Positions 19,435 to 29,931 are shown, numbered from the whole stretch's first letter. The stretch: DNA of 63,215 nt, filler included, from 4 parts of 4 records of this genome joined end to end with filler, not necessarily neighbours in it, one strand, 5' to 3'. Numbers and translations are program-made. Notes: generated from the letters alone by a model not told the origin.

Positions 19435-20432
19435 TGCTGGCCTTAACGGATGTTTTGGCCGCGCAAGAAGTGATCAAAGGCGTGGCCGATGGCACGCCAC
19501 TTGTGCCCTCGCACCTGTCGCAAAAGCTCGGGGGCGATCTCTGGCTCAAACTTGAGATTTGCCAGCCGATGGGGGCATTCAAACTGCGCGGGGCGGTCAA
19601 TGCGATGGCGCATGTGCCGGATGGGGCCAGAGGCGTGACCTGTTGTTCCACTGGCAATCATGGTCGCGCTGTGGCCTATGCTGCGGCGCAAAAGGGCCTG
19701 CGCGCCGTGATCTGTATGTCCGACCTTGTGCCGCAGGCCAAAATCGACGGCATCCGCGCGCTTGGCGCAGAGGTCCACATCCACGGCCGCTCGCAAGACG
19801 AGGCCCAAACCCATGCCACACAGTTGGCGCGCGACGATGGGTTGATCGACATTCCGCCCTTTGACGATCCGCATGTGATTGCCGGACAAGGCACCATTGC
19901 GCTGGAAATGCTGCGCGCCCGCCCCGATCTCGACACGTTGATGATCCCGCTCTCCGGCGGCGGTTTGGCGGCGGGCATGGCAGTTGCGGCCCGCGCGATC
20001 AAACCGGACATCCGCCTGATCGGCGTCAGCATGGATCGCGGCGCGGCGATGGCGGCCTCGATCGCAGCGGGCCGGCCGGTTGAGGTCGAAGAGGTCGCCT
20101 CTTTGGCCGACAGTCTGGGCGGCGGGATCGGGCTGTCAAACCGGTTTTCCTTCCCGCTCTGCCGCACTCTTTTGGATGAGGTGGTTTTGATCACGGAAGA
20201 CGAGATTTATACCGCCATGCAGGCGCTTTATTACGAGGACCGTTTGGTCGCCGAAGGGGCCTGTGTCGTCGGCATCGCCGCGCTTTTGGCGGGCAAGATC
20301 GCGCCAAGCCGACAGATGGGCACCGTGATCACCGGGCGCAATGTCGATATGGCGCAATTCACCCGCGTGGTGACGGGCCAAGATGTGCGGCTTGGTGATG
20401 TGATTGTAAAAGGAACGCCCTATGACGACTGA
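19434..20432 (+). CDS. eutB: Hydroxyectoine utilisation dehydratase (PLP, threonine dehydratase-like)
   Basis: GAFKLRGA, STGNHG and LSGGGL motifs; operon context. Confidence 0.85.
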   Translation: MLALTDVLAAQEVIKGVADGTPLVPSHLSQKLGGDLWLKLEICQPMGAFKLRGAVNAMAHVPDGARGVTCCSTGNHGRAVAYAAAQKGLRAVICMSDLVPQAKIDGIRALGAEVHIHGRSQDEAQTHATQLARDDGLIDIPPFDDPHVIAGQGTIALEMLRARPDLDTLMIPLSGGGLAAGMAVAARAIKPDIRLIGVSMDRGAAMAASIAAGRPVEVEEVASLADSLGGGIGLSNRFSFPLCRTLLDEVVLITEDEIYTAMQALYYEDRLVAEGACVVGIAALLAGKIAPSRQMGTVITGRNVDMAQFTRVVTGQDVRLGDVIVKGTPYDD

Positions 20433-21429
20433 GGCACAGGCCAGCGCGCCCCGCCCCGACATCCGCATCCTTACAGAAGCGCAATTGCGCGGGGTTGTCT
20501 CGCTTGATCTTGAGACCATTGATGTGATCGAAAACGGCTTTCGCGCCTTGGCCGAAGGCGGCGTGGTGATGCCGCCGGTGCTGTCCATGGCGATTGCGGC
20601 CCATCATGGCGAAGTCGATGTCAAAACCGCCTATGTGCCAGGTGTGGACGGCTTTGCCTTGAAAGTCTCGCCCGGATTTTTCGACAATCCCCAATTGGGT
20701 CTGCCCTCCCTCAATGGCTTGATGATCCTGCTTTCGACCAAAACCGGGCTGGTTCAGGCGGTATTTTTGGACAACGGCTACCTCACCGACATCCGCACCG
20801 CGGCGGCGGGCGCGGTGGCCGCGCGCCATCTTGCGCCCGATGTCGAGACGGCGGGGGTGATCGGCACTGGCGTACAAGCGCGGTTGCAAATGCAGGCGGC
20901 GCATCTGGTGCGCCCGTTCAAACGCTGTCTCGTTTGGGGGCGTGATGCGCAAAAGGCCAAAGCCTGCGCAGTCGATATTGCCGCGATGACCGGGGTCGAG
21001 GTGGCGGTGATGACCGAGATCGCACCGCTTGTGGCGCAAAGCCAGCTTGTGGTCACCACAACCCCTGCGACGACGCCGTTGATCACCGCCGACATGCTCC
21101 ATGACGGGGTGCACATCACCGCCATGGGATCGGATCAGGCGGGCAAAAACGAGATCGCGCCAGAGGCCTTGGCCACCGCCGATCTTTATGTCTGTGATCG
21201 GGTCAGCCAATGCGAGGTGCTGGGCGAATTGCGGGCGGCACGTGCGCAAGGGCTGATGCGGCATACTCCGCCGGAATTGGGCCAGATCATCACGGGAGTC
21301 GCCCAGGGCCGCACCGATCTGCGTCAGATCACAATCTGCGATCTGACCGGAACCGGCGTGCAGGACACTGCCATCGCCAGCCATGTCGCGACCCGTTTGG
21401 GGGATGCGGGCACGGTGATTTCCGCGTAA
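20422..21429 (+). CDS. eutC: Ectoine utilisation protein, ornithine cyclodeaminase family
   Basis: DNGYLTDIRTAAAG and CDLTGTGVQD motifs. Confidence 0.87.
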   Translation: MTTEAQASAPRPDIRILTEAQLRGVVSLDLETIDVIENGFRALAEGGVVMPPVLSMAIAAHHGEVDVKTAYVPGVDGFALKVSPGFFDNPQLGLPSLNGLMILLSTKTGLVQAVFLDNGYLTDIRTAAAGAVAARHLAPDVETAGVIGTGVQARLQMQAAHLVRPFKRCLVWGRDAQKAKACAVDIAAMTGVEVAVMTEIAPLVAQSQLVVTTTPATTPLITADMLHDGVHITAMGSDQAGKNEIAPEALATADLYVCDRVSQCEVLGELRAARAQGLMRHTPPELGQIITGVAQGRTDLRQITICDLTGTGVQDTAIASHVATRLGDAGTVISA

Positions 21430-21438
21430 CCTTGCCCC

Positions 21439-21924
21439 ATGATCAAACTGGACGCCCGTGATTTCGACATTCTGCGCGCCCTGTCTCGGGAGGGACGGAT
21501 GTCAAAGACGCGTCTGGCCGAGGCCATTGGCCTCTCACCCACGCCCGCATGGGAGCGGTTGAAAAAGCTGGAAAAAGCCGGGTTGATCGAGGGCTATCAC
21601 GCCGAAATCAACCTGCGCAAATTGGGTTCGACCGTGACGGTGTTCGTCGCCGCCGAACTTGCCGACCATACCCAAGCCTCGTTTCAGACCTTTGAATCCT
21701 CGGTGCAATCGCATGAGGAAATCCTGGGCTGTTGGGCCTTGGGTGGTGGGTTTGACTACCTGTTACAGATCGTCACCCGCGACATCGACGCCTATCAACG
21801 GCTGATCGACACGCTGTTGGACGCGCGCATCGGCATTGCGCGCTATTTCACCTATATTGTCACCAAACAGGTCAAAGGCGGTGGCACCCCACCGCTTGGG
21901 CTGTTCACAGACCATTTGGACTAG
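21439..21924 (+). CDS. Lrp/AsnC family regulator (DoeX-like)
   Basis: N-terminal HTH LDARDFDILRAL...LSPTPAWERLKKLE; position upstream of ssd-atf. Confidence 0.88.
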   Translation: MIKLDARDFDILRALSREGRMSKTRLAEAIGLSPTPAWERLKKLEKAGLIEGYHAEINLRKLGSTVTVFVAAELADHTQASFQTFESSVQSHEEILGCWALGGGFDYLLQIVTRDIDAYQRLIDTLLDARIGIARYFTYIVTKQVKGGGTPPLGLFTDHLD

Positions 21925-22024
21925 AACATCCCACCCCGGCAGTCCGAATACCGCGCATTCACCCGCACTTTGGTCTCCCCCTCTGCCGTGATCCGTCACA
22001 GTGACCGGGGATAAGGAGGCCAAC

Positions 22025-23500
22025 ATGCGTGACACTGCGATTTCTGCCCGTACTGATATTGGCGACAAACGTCTGTTACGGGGCTTTTCCTATGTGAATG
22101 GCAAATGGACCTCCGGCGAGGCTGGCGCCTGTTTTGCCGTGACCGATCCGGCCACAGGGGCGCATTTGGGCGATGTCGCCGCACTGAGCGCCGCGCAATC
22201 CACCGCCGCCGTTGACGCCGCGCAGGCGGGTTTTCCCGCCTGGTCGCAACGTTTGCCACAGGACCGCGCCGCCGTGCTGCGCCGCTGGCATGATCTGATG
22301 ATCGCGGCCAAGGAGGATCTCGCGCGGATCATGGTGCTCGAACAGGGCAAGCCGCTGTCGGAAGCGCGCGGCGAGATCGACTATGCCGCGGCGTTCATTG
22401 ACTATTACGCCGAAGAGGCGAAGCGTCCGAATGTTGAAGGCGTGACCTCGCATTTGCCCGATGCAGAAGTCGAGCTTTGGCTGGAACCCGTGGGTGTTGT
22501 CGCCCTGATCACACCGTGGAATTTCCCCTCCGCCATGTTGACACGCAAAGCGGCGGCGGCTTTGGCGGCGGGCTGTACCATCGTGGCGCACCCTTCGGCT
22601 GAGACACCCTATTCGGCGCTGGCACTGGCGGAATTGGCCGAACGCGCGGGCATGCCCGCGGGCGTGTTCAACGTCGTGACCGGAGAGGCCCCGACCGTGG
22701 TGGAACCATGGACCAAAGACACCCGCGTGCGGGCGCTGTCGTTTACGGGGTCTACCGAAGTGGGGCGAATTTTGTATCGCCAATCGGCGCAGACCGTGAA
22801 AAAATTGGTGCTTGAACTCGGCGGCCATGCGCCGGTGATCGTGTTCAAAGGCGCCGATTTGGACCGGGCTGTGGCGGAGGTGATCAAAGCCAAATTCGCC
22901 ACCTCGGGCCAAGATTGCCTGGGTGCGAACCGGATTTATGTCGAACGTCCGATCTATGCCACGTTTTGCGCGAAATTCGTGGCGGCGGCCAAAGCGCTGA
23001 CTCTTGCGCCCGGCATGGAGGACGCCGATCTCGGCCCCTTGATGAACGCCCGCGCTGTGGCCAAACAACAGGCGCATGTCGACGACGCTCTGGCCAAGGG
23101 TGCGAGACTGGCCTGCGGCGGTGCGCCCGCAGATCTTGGCCCGTTGTTCTACCCCGCCACCGTGCTGACTGACGTGCCTGACAGCGCCAAGATCATGCAT
23201 GAAGAAAGCTTTGGCCCCGTCGCGCCGATCACGCCATTTGACACCGAAGACGAGGTCATCACACGCGCCAATGATAGCGAATATGGCCTTGTCGCCTATG
23301 TTCATTCGCAAGACCCGAAACGCATCTATCGGCTCTCACGGGCGCTGCACTACGGCATGGTCGCGGTCAATCGGACCAAGGTCACCGGCGCGCCGATCCC
23401 CTTTGGCGGCGTCAAACAATCCGGTCTGGGCCGCGAAGGTGCGCGGATGGGGATGCAGGAGTTTATGGACCTGAAATACGTCTGTCGCGATTGGGGCTGA
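22025..23500 (+). CDS. NAD(P)-dependent succinate-semialdehyde dehydrogenase-like protein (DoeC/Ssd)
   Basis: ITPWNFP, FTGSTEVG, LELGG, GQDC and EESFGP motifs. Confidence 0.9.
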   Translation: MRDTAISARTDIGDKRLLRGFSYVNGKWTSGEAGACFAVTDPATGAHLGDVAALSAAQSTAAVDAAQAGFPAWSQRLPQDRAAVLRRWHDLMIAAKEDLARIMVLEQGKPLSEARGEIDYAAAFIDYYAEEAKRPNVEGVTSHLPDAEVELWLEPVGVVALITPWNFPSAMLTRKAAAALAAGCTIVAHPSAETPYSALALAELAERAGMPAGVFNVVTGEAPTVVEPWTKDTRVRALSFTGSTEVGRILYRQSAQTVKKLVLELGGHAPVIVFKGADLDRAVAEVIKAKFATSGQDCLGANRIYVERPIYATFCAKFVAAAKALTLAPGMEDADLGPLMNARAVAKQQAHVDDALAKGARLACGGAPADLGPLFYPATVLTDVPDSAKIMHEESFGPVAPITPFDTEDEVITRANDSEYGLVAYVHSQDPKRIYRLSRALHYGMVAVNRTKVTGAPIPFGGVKQSGLGREGARMGMQEFMDLKYVCRDWG

Positions 23501-23543
23501 CCCCGCACACGGACGCAAAGACTTGAACGGAAAAGGAAATAAC

Positions 23544-23939
23544 ATGCTGACAAATGATCAACTTGGCCAATGGGACCGCGAAAACTTCTTTCACCCCTCC
23601 ACACATTTGGCACAACACGCGCGCGGTGAAACACCGACGCGGGTGATCAAAACCGCCAGGGGCGTGCATATTGTGGACCGCGATGGCAAGGAAACATTGG
23701 ATGCCTTTGCCGGGCTGTACTGCGTCAATGTTGGTTACGGACGTCAGGAAATTGCCGAAGCGATTGCCGATCAGGCCCGCGAATTGGCCTATTATCACGC
23801 CTATGTCGGCCACGGCACCGAAGCCTCTATCACGCTGGCGAAAATGGTGCTGGACCGGGCGCCGGATCACATGTCGAAAGTCTATTTCGGCCAATCCGGC
23901 TCAGACGCCAACGAGACCAACATCAAGCTGATCTGGTAT
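23544..23939 (+). CDS. Class III aminotransferase (DoeD/Atf-like), 3'-truncated
   Basis: WDRENFFHPSTH, LDAFAGLYCVNVGYG and SGSDANET motifs; cut by the spacer. Confidence 0.85.
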
Positions 23940-24039
23940 NNNNNNNNNNNNNNNNNNNNNNNNNNNNNNNNNNNNNNNNNNNNTTAATTAATTAANNNNN
24001 NNNNNNNNNNNNNNNNNNNNNNNNNNNNNNNNNNNNNNN
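23940..24039. other. Artificial contig spacer
   Basis: N runs flanking TTAATTAATTAA (stops in all six frames); genes are cut on both sides. Confidence 0.98.
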
Positions 24040-24392
24040 GGCACGTTGCGGCAGATGATCGGCTCGCGGAAGATAACGCCGCCCAAAATGTTACGGATGG
24101 TGCCGTTTGGCGAGCGGTACATACGCTTCAAGCCGAACTCTTCAACCCGATCTTCATCAGGGGTGATGGTGGCACATTTAACGCCAACGCCGTGCTTTTT
24201 GATAGCATTTGCAGCGTCTATGGTAATTTGGTCATCGGTCGCGTCCCGCGCCTCAATGCCCAAATCGTAATATTCGAGATCAATGTCGAGATAGGGGTGG
24301 ATCAGTTTGTCTTTAATGAATTGCCAGATGATCCGTGTCATCTCGTCGCCGTCGAGTTCGACGACAGGATTGGTTACCTTAATTTTGCTCAT
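24040..24392 (-). CDS. icd: NADP-dependent isocitrate dehydrogenase, 3'-truncated
   Basis: [22 protein letters not shown] and [12 protein letters not shown] motifs. Confidence 0.95.
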
Positions 24393-24518
24393 GAGAACTC
24401 CGCAAAGCTATAAGTTGGGAGGCCCGCCTTGCTTAAGACGGGTGTTCAGCGCCCCTATAGCATTTGTGGGGGAAAAGGCAAAGACTGATTGGTGCACAAA
24501 TGGCATGATCAAATGCGC

Positions 24519-24540
24519 TTGACGGATGTGTAAATACACG
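24519..24540 (+). promoter_or_regulatory. marR promoter with operator copy 1
   Basis: TTGACG at 24519-24524 followed by TGTGTAAATACACG (24527-24540), 2 mismatches from the palindrome TGTGTATATACACA. Confidence 0.6.
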
Positions 24541-24553
24541 GCATGAAGTGAAT

Positions 24554-24982
24554 ATGAATGAAAAAGCGATCTTGGAGATGGAAAGATGTGTGCTGCGCAA
24601 TACGCGTGCAGCCTCGCGCATGATGACGCGCAACTTTTCGCGCCGTTTGGGGCGATTTGAGATCACCACCGAGCAATTCTCGCTGATCGCGTCTCTGGCC
24701 GGGGCGGAGCATGATTCCGTTTCGGCGCTGGCTGACTATCTGGCTATTGAACGCTCTACTTTGTCGCGCAATCTGTCGCTTCTGGAGAAGAAGGGCGTGG
24801 TGAAAAAGCGTGCCGCAGATAAAGGCAATGGCGTAATCTATAGCCTTACCGCAAAAGGGCAGGCCTTGTTCGAAGAAATGGTGCCGCATTGGCAGGCGGC
24901 GCAAGATGCGATTTTGGACGTGGTGAGCCGTGAGGAACTGGATGCTGCGCTAAATGTGTTGAAGCGGGTGGCCAAATTGTAG
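24554..24982 (+). CDS. MarR-family regulator
   Basis: CVLRNTRAASR, ITTEQFSLI, wHTH ERSTLSRNL and LTAKG. Confidence 0.88.
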   Translation: MNEKAILEMERCVLRNTRAASRMMTRNFSRRLGRFEITTEQFSLIASLAGAEHDSVSALADYLAIERSTLSRNLSLLEKKGVVKKRAADKGNGVIYSLTAKGQALFEEMVPHWQAAQDAILDVVSREELDAALNVLKRVAKL

Positions 24983-25002
24983 CCATATTTTTTGCATTAG
25001 TT

Positions 25003-25016
25003 TGTGTATATACACA
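25003..25016. promoter_or_regulatory. Palindromic operator copy 2
   Basis: Perfect 14-bp palindrome TGTGTATATACACA. Confidence 0.65.
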
Positions 25017-25134
25017 TGTGGGTGGTTGAAATAAATTGTGGGTTGGTCTGCTGACAGAGTTGGACGCTCGCTGAACGAAACAAATGGCTGACTTCGGTCA
25101 GCAAAGGGAAAAGTGCGCATAATTGGATGTGCAT

Positions 25135-25150
25135 TTGTGTATATACACAA
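25135..25150. promoter_or_regulatory. Palindromic operator copy 3
   Basis: Perfect 16-bp palindrome TTGTGTATATACACAA immediately before the fabF RBS. Confidence 0.7.
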
Positions 25151-25164
25151 GGATGGAGAGCTAT

Positions 25165-26439
25165 ATGCAAGCGAAGAATGATGATCCGATTGTGGTGACG
25201 GGCATGGGGGCGGTGACGCCACTGGGTGTTGGCGTGCAAACCAATTGGGAGCGTTTATTGGCTGGCAAAAGCGGCATTGTGCGCAATGACCGTTTTGATG
25301 TGACTGATTATGCCGCCAAAGTGGCTGGGCTGGTGCCGCGTAAAGAAGATGATCCGCAGGGCTTTGATCCGCTCGACTATGTGGACAGCAAAGATTTGAA
25401 AAAGATGGATTTGTTTATCCAATATTCAATGGCTGCGACAGAAGAGGCGTTGCTTCAATCTGGTTGGGCGCCAGACAGTGAAACTGCGAAGGAGCGCACA
25501 GCGACGATTATCGCCACGGGCGTGGGTGGTTTTCCAGCAATGACCAATGCGTCTAGCGTGATTGCGGAAAAAGGGCCGAGGCGGCTTTCGCCCTTCACGG
25601 TGCCATCTTTCCTCGGCAATATGGCGGCAGGGCATATTTCCATACGTTACGGATTTAAGGGGACCATCGGTTCGCCGATCACGGCGTGTGCCGCTTCCGC
25701 CCAAGCCATAGGCGATGGTGTGCGACTGTTGCGTGCTGGTGACGCAGATGTTGTGGTTTGCGGTGGCGCAGATGCTTGTGTTGACCCTGTGGCGATTGGT
25801 GGTTTTGCCGCCGCGCGGGCCTTGTGCACCAAATATAATGATGAGCCGGAGCAGGCTTCCCGACCTTTTGATGAAAATCATGCAGGTTTTGTGCTTTCCG
25901 AAGGCGCGGCGACGCTGGTGTTGGAACGGGAAAGCCACGCCAAAGCACGCGGTGCAACCATTATCGGCACAGTGCATGGCTATGGCACTTGCGCAGATGC
26001 GTATCATTTAACCGCGCTGGCGCCAGGTGGTGAAGGCGGCGTGCGTTCCATGAAACTTGCATTTAAAGATGCAGATTTGGTGCCGGATCAGATCGATTAT
26101 GTGAACGCGCACAGCACCTCCACGCCAGTGGGCGATGAAGCCGAAATCGCGGCGATCCATAGTGTGTTTGGTGACCGTGGCAAAAGCTTAGCGGTGAATT
26201 CCACTAAGGCGTCTATTGGCCATTTGCTGGGGGCCGCCGGGGCGATTGAAGCGGTTTATTCCCTGATGGCGCTTGCCACACAAACTGTGCCGCCGGGGCT
26301 TAATATTGAACAGCCGATTGAGCCCGCTGCACAATATGAGCTGGCCAAGGATGGGCCAGTTTCGCGCAAAATCGACTATGTTCTGTCGAATGGATTTGGG
26401 TTTGGCGGGGTCAACGCCACGCTTATCTTTGGTCGTTGA
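25165..26439 (+). CDS. fabF: 3-oxoacyl-ACP synthase II
   Basis: VVTGMGAVTPLG, TACAAS, NAHSTST, GHLLGAAG and NGFGFGG motifs. Confidence 0.92.
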   Translation: MQAKNDDPIVVTGMGAVTPLGVGVQTNWERLLAGKSGIVRNDRFDVTDYAAKVAGLVPRKEDDPQGFDPLDYVDSKDLKKMDLFIQYSMAATEEALLQSGWAPDSETAKERTATIIATGVGGFPAMTNASSVIAEKGPRRLSPFTVPSFLGNMAAGHISIRYGFKGTIGSPITACAASAQAIGDGVRLLRAGDADVVVCGGADACVDPVAIGGFAAARALCTKYNDEPEQASRPFDENHAGFVLSEGAATLVLERESHAKARGATIIGTVHGYGTCADAYHLTALAPGGEGGVRSMKLAFKDADLVPDQIDYVNAHSTSTPVGDEAEIAAIHSVFGDRGKSLAVNSTKASIGHLLGAAGAIEAVYSLMALATQTVPPGLNIEQPIEPAAQYELAKDGPVSRKIDYVLSNGFGFGGVNATLIFGR

Positions 26440-27283
26440 TCGACTGCAAAAAATGATCGGCCACCTGATCGAATTTTTCGAAGGCAGTGAGGTGGCCGGT
26501 CTTTTCCCAGATGGTGAGTTTGCTCTGTGGAATTGCGTCATGCACTGCATGGGCAAAGTCCAACGGAACGAATTTATCCTCTGCCGCGGCGTATATGTGC
26601 ACCGGGCAGGCAATGTCTGCGAGGTCAAATCCCCACGGTTTGTAGCGTAGATAGGCATCTTGTGCGGGGCCTTTTGAGCCTTGTGCAAAGGCGAGGCGTA
26701 AATCTTGCAAAAAGAAATCTGCAAACTGATCCTGCTGCAGCGCGGCCTTATCTCTTTCGCTAAGAGAGCCGCCTATCATATTGATCAGGGATTCTTTTTT
26801 GCCCTTCAGGCGATGCCCAAGAAAGGCGAAACCCAAATTAAATGCCCACGGCATATGGGCGGAGAGGCGCAGGAAAAAGCGATCTGCGGGAGCGAGTTGT
26901 TGTTGCAACGCGGCCTGATCATGAATGGGTGCCCAGCCGACCATGCTGGCACAGAAGGTGAGGCGAGAGGGCATGTGATGGGCAGCGGCCAAAGCTGTTG
27001 ATGCACCACCCGACAGACCAACGATGCCAAATTTCTTTAGCCGAAGATGGTCAGCCATTTGTTCAACAAGGTTGGCTTCTTCAACCAATTGATTGAGTTT
27101 TTGATATTTGCTCTTGCCCAATCCAGGGCGATCAAAAGCGATAAGCGAAATCTGCTTTTTGCAGGCAATTTCATCAATGCGCATGGCTTCCAGATGACTG
27201 CCGGGGCTGCCATGGCAATAAATAAGTGGCGCTCCATGCGGATCGCCATATTGTTGATAGAAAATGTTGCTCATCAAATTCAC
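26423..27283 (-). CDS. Alpha/beta hydrolase
   Basis: YCHGSPGS, DRPGLG, GLSGG and TGH motifs; start may be ATG 27274. Confidence 0.85.
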   Translation of the reverse strand: MNLMSNIFYQQYGDPHGAPLIYCHGSPGSHLEAMRIDEIACKKQISLIAFDRPGLGKSKYQKLNQLVEEANLVEQMADHLRLKKFGIVGLSGGASTALAAAHHMPSRLTFCASMVGWAPIHDQAALQQQLAPADRFFLRLSAHMPWAFNLGFAFLGHRLKGKKESLINMIGGSLSERDKAALQQDQFADFFLQDLRLAFAQGSKGPAQDAYLRYKPWGFDLADIACPVHIYAAAEDKFVPLDFAHAVHDAIPQSKLTIWEKTGHLTAFEKFDQVADHFLQSINDQR

Positions 27284-27446
27284 ACCAAAAGTCTGTCAAA
27301 ACTTTTATAACTGACTAGAAAGTTATTTTAAAGGGTGTGATGGTGGTTTTTGATATTGTTTAGTGGCGGGCAACATTAGGGTGCTGGGCGCGGTGAGTCA
27401 GAAGGAAAAGTGATGGCGCGGCAGGGAATGCCGCGCGCTATTATGG

Positions 27447-27875
27447 TTATTTGGGAAGGCGGCCGGTGAGTACGGCCATTAGAGTGCCCCATCCGGTAAA
27501 GGCTTTTTGGCCTTTATCTGCTAGGGCATAGTGATCGGGTTGATCATCTGCGCAGATTTCGCGGCTGAGGGTCCAGCCCTTTTGATCGTCAAATAGGCCT
27601 TGGCCGAAGGTGAAATTTTGCGATTGTTTTGGCTTGTGCCAAACGGATGATCCGCAGGAACTGCAAAAGCCACGGCTGGCGATGTTTGATGATTTCCATT
27701 CTTCCACCGGGCCGTTGATTTCCACAATCTCGTCGCACACCACGCCCATCCAGAGTCCGCCGCACCAGCGGCGACACATTTCGCAATGGCAAGCGCCGTA
27801 AGTGTCTGGCGCTTTCACCTTGAAAGTGACCGCGCCACACGCGCATTTTCCGGATTTCACTTTTTGATCTGTCAT
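27447..27875 (-). CDS. GFA/CENP-V family protein
   Basis: GKCACG, CHCEMC and RGFCSSCGS zinc motifs. Confidence 0.88.
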   Translation of the reverse strand: MTDQKVKSGKCACGAVTFKVKAPDTYGACHCEMCRRWCGGLWMGVVCDEIVEINGPVEEWKSSNIASRGFCSSCGSSVWHKPKQSQNFTFGQGLFDDQKGWTLSREICADDQPDHYALADKGQKAFTGWGTLMAVLTGRLPK

Positions 27876-28033
27876 GGTCTTTCTCACGCTAAGTATCCGG
27901 CCAGATTAGCGATTTGGACAATATGTGCAATCATTTAACTGTGCGGCAAATTGCGTTCCGCTTGTGGATCGGCGCAATGGGATGATGACAGCGGCGATTG
28001 GTCTGTTTAAATTGCGTGCGAAGGTGAGGGCAT

Positions 28034-28576
28034 ATGGACCATTCAAACTACGTTATCGACCAAATGATTTCGGCAAAATCCATCGCGGCACGGGTGGAAG
28101 AATTGGCCGAGGAAATCTCCGCCAAATATGCGGATACGGACAAGTTGGTCGTTGTGGGATTGTTGCGCGGTTCGTTTGTTTTTATTTCCGATTTGGTGCG
28201 TGAGCTTGATTTGCCCGTCGAGGTGGATTTTTTGGAAACCTCCTCCTATGGCAACAGCACCGAATCTTCACGGGAAGTGCGGATTTTGAAAGATTTGCGC
28301 GGCGAAATTGAAGGTCGCGATGTGTTGGTGGTGGAAGATATTGTCGACACCGGCCACACGCTCAACCATGTGTTGCACATGCTGGAATCGCGCAAGCCAA
28401 AACGGCTGGATGTTTGCGCCTTGCTGGATAAGCCTTCGCGCCGTGAAGTGGATATTAGCGCCAGCTGGACCGGTTTTGAAATCCCGGATGAATTTGTGGT
28501 GGGCTATGGCATTGATTATGCCCAGCGCAACCGCAATCTGCCTTATATTGGCAAAGTGCGGTTTATTGAATCGTAG
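28034..28576 (+). CDS. hpt: Hypoxanthine phosphoribosyltransferase
   Basis: [24 protein letters not shown] motif, FVVGYGIDY and RNLPYIG. Confidence 0.95.
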   Translation: MDHSNYVIDQMISAKSIAARVEELAEEISAKYADTDKLVVVGLLRGSFVFISDLVRELDLPVEVDFLETSSYGNSTESSREVRILKDLRGEIEGRDVLVVEDIVDTGHTLNHVLHMLESRKPKRLDVCALLDKPSRREVDISASWTGFEIPDEFVVGYGIDYAQRNRNLPYIGKVRFIES

Positions 28577-29306
28577 GCTTTGCAGTGCGCTTGGGGCGCA
28601 ATCCATATTCTTTTAAATAGGCGCGTGAAAAAGCGTCCGGCGCACGATAGCCGTATTTGCGGGCGACTTTGTCTATACGCTCGCCGCGTTCAATTTCTGT
28701 TTTGGCCAGCATCAGGCGCCATCTGCGTAAATAACTGCCGGGTGTTTCGCAGACCAGTTGTGCGAAAAGTTGTTTGAAGCGGCTCGGCGATAATCCGGCT
28801 TCCTGCGCGAGCGCGTCATTGTTCCAAAGCTTTTCGGGTTGTTCGTGTATCGCCACCAGGGCACGGCTGATGCGATCGTCGGCCAGACCAGCCAAAAAGC
28901 TGGGTTTGGCGTGGCCATTTTCCAACTGATGCCTCAACAAACGCACTAGTAGTATTTCGCCATATCGGGCGATCACCGCTTTTGCCCCACATCTATCGCT
29001 TTTCACTTCGTTAGCGATGAGGTGCACCAGATGGGCCATATCTTGATTATTGTCGACTTCCAGCGACATGCCTTGTGGTAACGCGGCGGCAAGGGCGGGA
29101 GCGAGTTGGTTAAACTCAATATAGAGCGCAAACAATGGATTGCCGTTTTTAATATGATGATTGGCACCTTTTGGGTGGAGATAAAGCATGACCCGACCTG
29201 ATTGTTTATCTTCCAATGCAAAAAGATTAGCTTGCGCTGGCGCAGATAGGCTGGCGGAAATGCGGAACGTCTCAATGAGTGTTGTTAGGCGATCAATTTT
29301 TGACAT
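28563..29306 (-). CDS. AraC-family regulator (cupin_6/RclR-like)
   Basis: [17 protein letters not shown]...LAQEAGLS...YLRRWRL...GY...AFSRA HTH pattern. Confidence 0.85.
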   Translation of the reverse strand: MSKIDRLTTLIETFRISASLSAPAQANLFALEDKQSGRVMLYLHPKGANHHIKNGNPLFALYIEFNQLAPALAAALPQGMSLEVDNNQDMAHLVHLIANEVKSDRCGAKAVIARYGEILLVRLLRHQLENGHAKPSFLAGLADDRISRALVAIHEQPEKLWNNDALAQEAGLSPSRFKQLFAQLVCETPGSYLRRWRLMLAKTEIERGERIDKVARKYGYRAPDAFSRAYLKEYGLRPKRTAKPTIQ

Positions 29307-29390
29307 AATGTCTTTTTGGTTGGAAAAATCAGACCAAAGCAACTTTATGTCCTGATATTGATGTTTTCAAGTCAATTTTAGGAGCACAAA

Positions 29391-29927
29391 ATGCTATTTC
29401 CTCGACAAAAAACGCATGATTTGAATGTTGCCACATTGGACCATGGTGCCTTTCAGCTTTCGGCCGAACAATCAGAGCGCGGCACGTTGATTTGCTTTTA
29501 CCGCGGGTTCCATTGCCCGATTTGTGCGACCTATTTGAAGGAGCTTGAGCGGCTGGTGCCAGAGTTTGAAAAGCGTGGCATTTCTGTTGTGGCCATCAGT
29601 TCGGATGAAGAGGATCGTGCGCGGCAAATGGCGGATAAAATTGATGCCAAAAACTTGCGCATTGGCTATGGCCTTTCACTTGCGGAAGCGAAAAAGTGGG
29701 GATTGTTCATCTCTCAATCGCGCGGGATAACGTCAATTGGCGTGGAAGAACCAGAGCTATTTTCAGAACCTGGATTGTTTTTGATTTCGCCGGATATGAG
29801 CCTTTATTTCAGTTCGATCCAAACCATGCCCTTTGTGCGCCCGAACTTCAAAGAGTTGCTGGGGGCAATCGATTTCGTCGTCGAAAAGAACTATCCGGCC
29901 CGTGGCGAATATCAAGGCGACGTTTAG
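29391..29927 (+). CDS. AhpC/TSA peroxiredoxin-like protein
   Basis: FYRGFHCPIC, FSEPGLF and YPARG motifs. Confidence 0.87.
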   Translation: MLFPRQKTHDLNVATLDHGAFQLSAEQSERGTLICFYRGFHCPICATYLKELERLVPEFEKRGISVVAISSDEEDRARQMADKIDAKNLRIGYGLSLAEAKKWGLFISQSRGITSIGVEEPELFSEPGLFLISPDMSLYFSSIQTMPFVRPNFKELLGAIDFVVEKNYPARGEYQGDV

Positions 29928-29931
29928 GCTG

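Noticed and set aside
24527..25150. Repeated palindromes as a CRISPR array
   Set aside because: Only 14-16 bp, irregular spacing, no cas genes; better explained as operators
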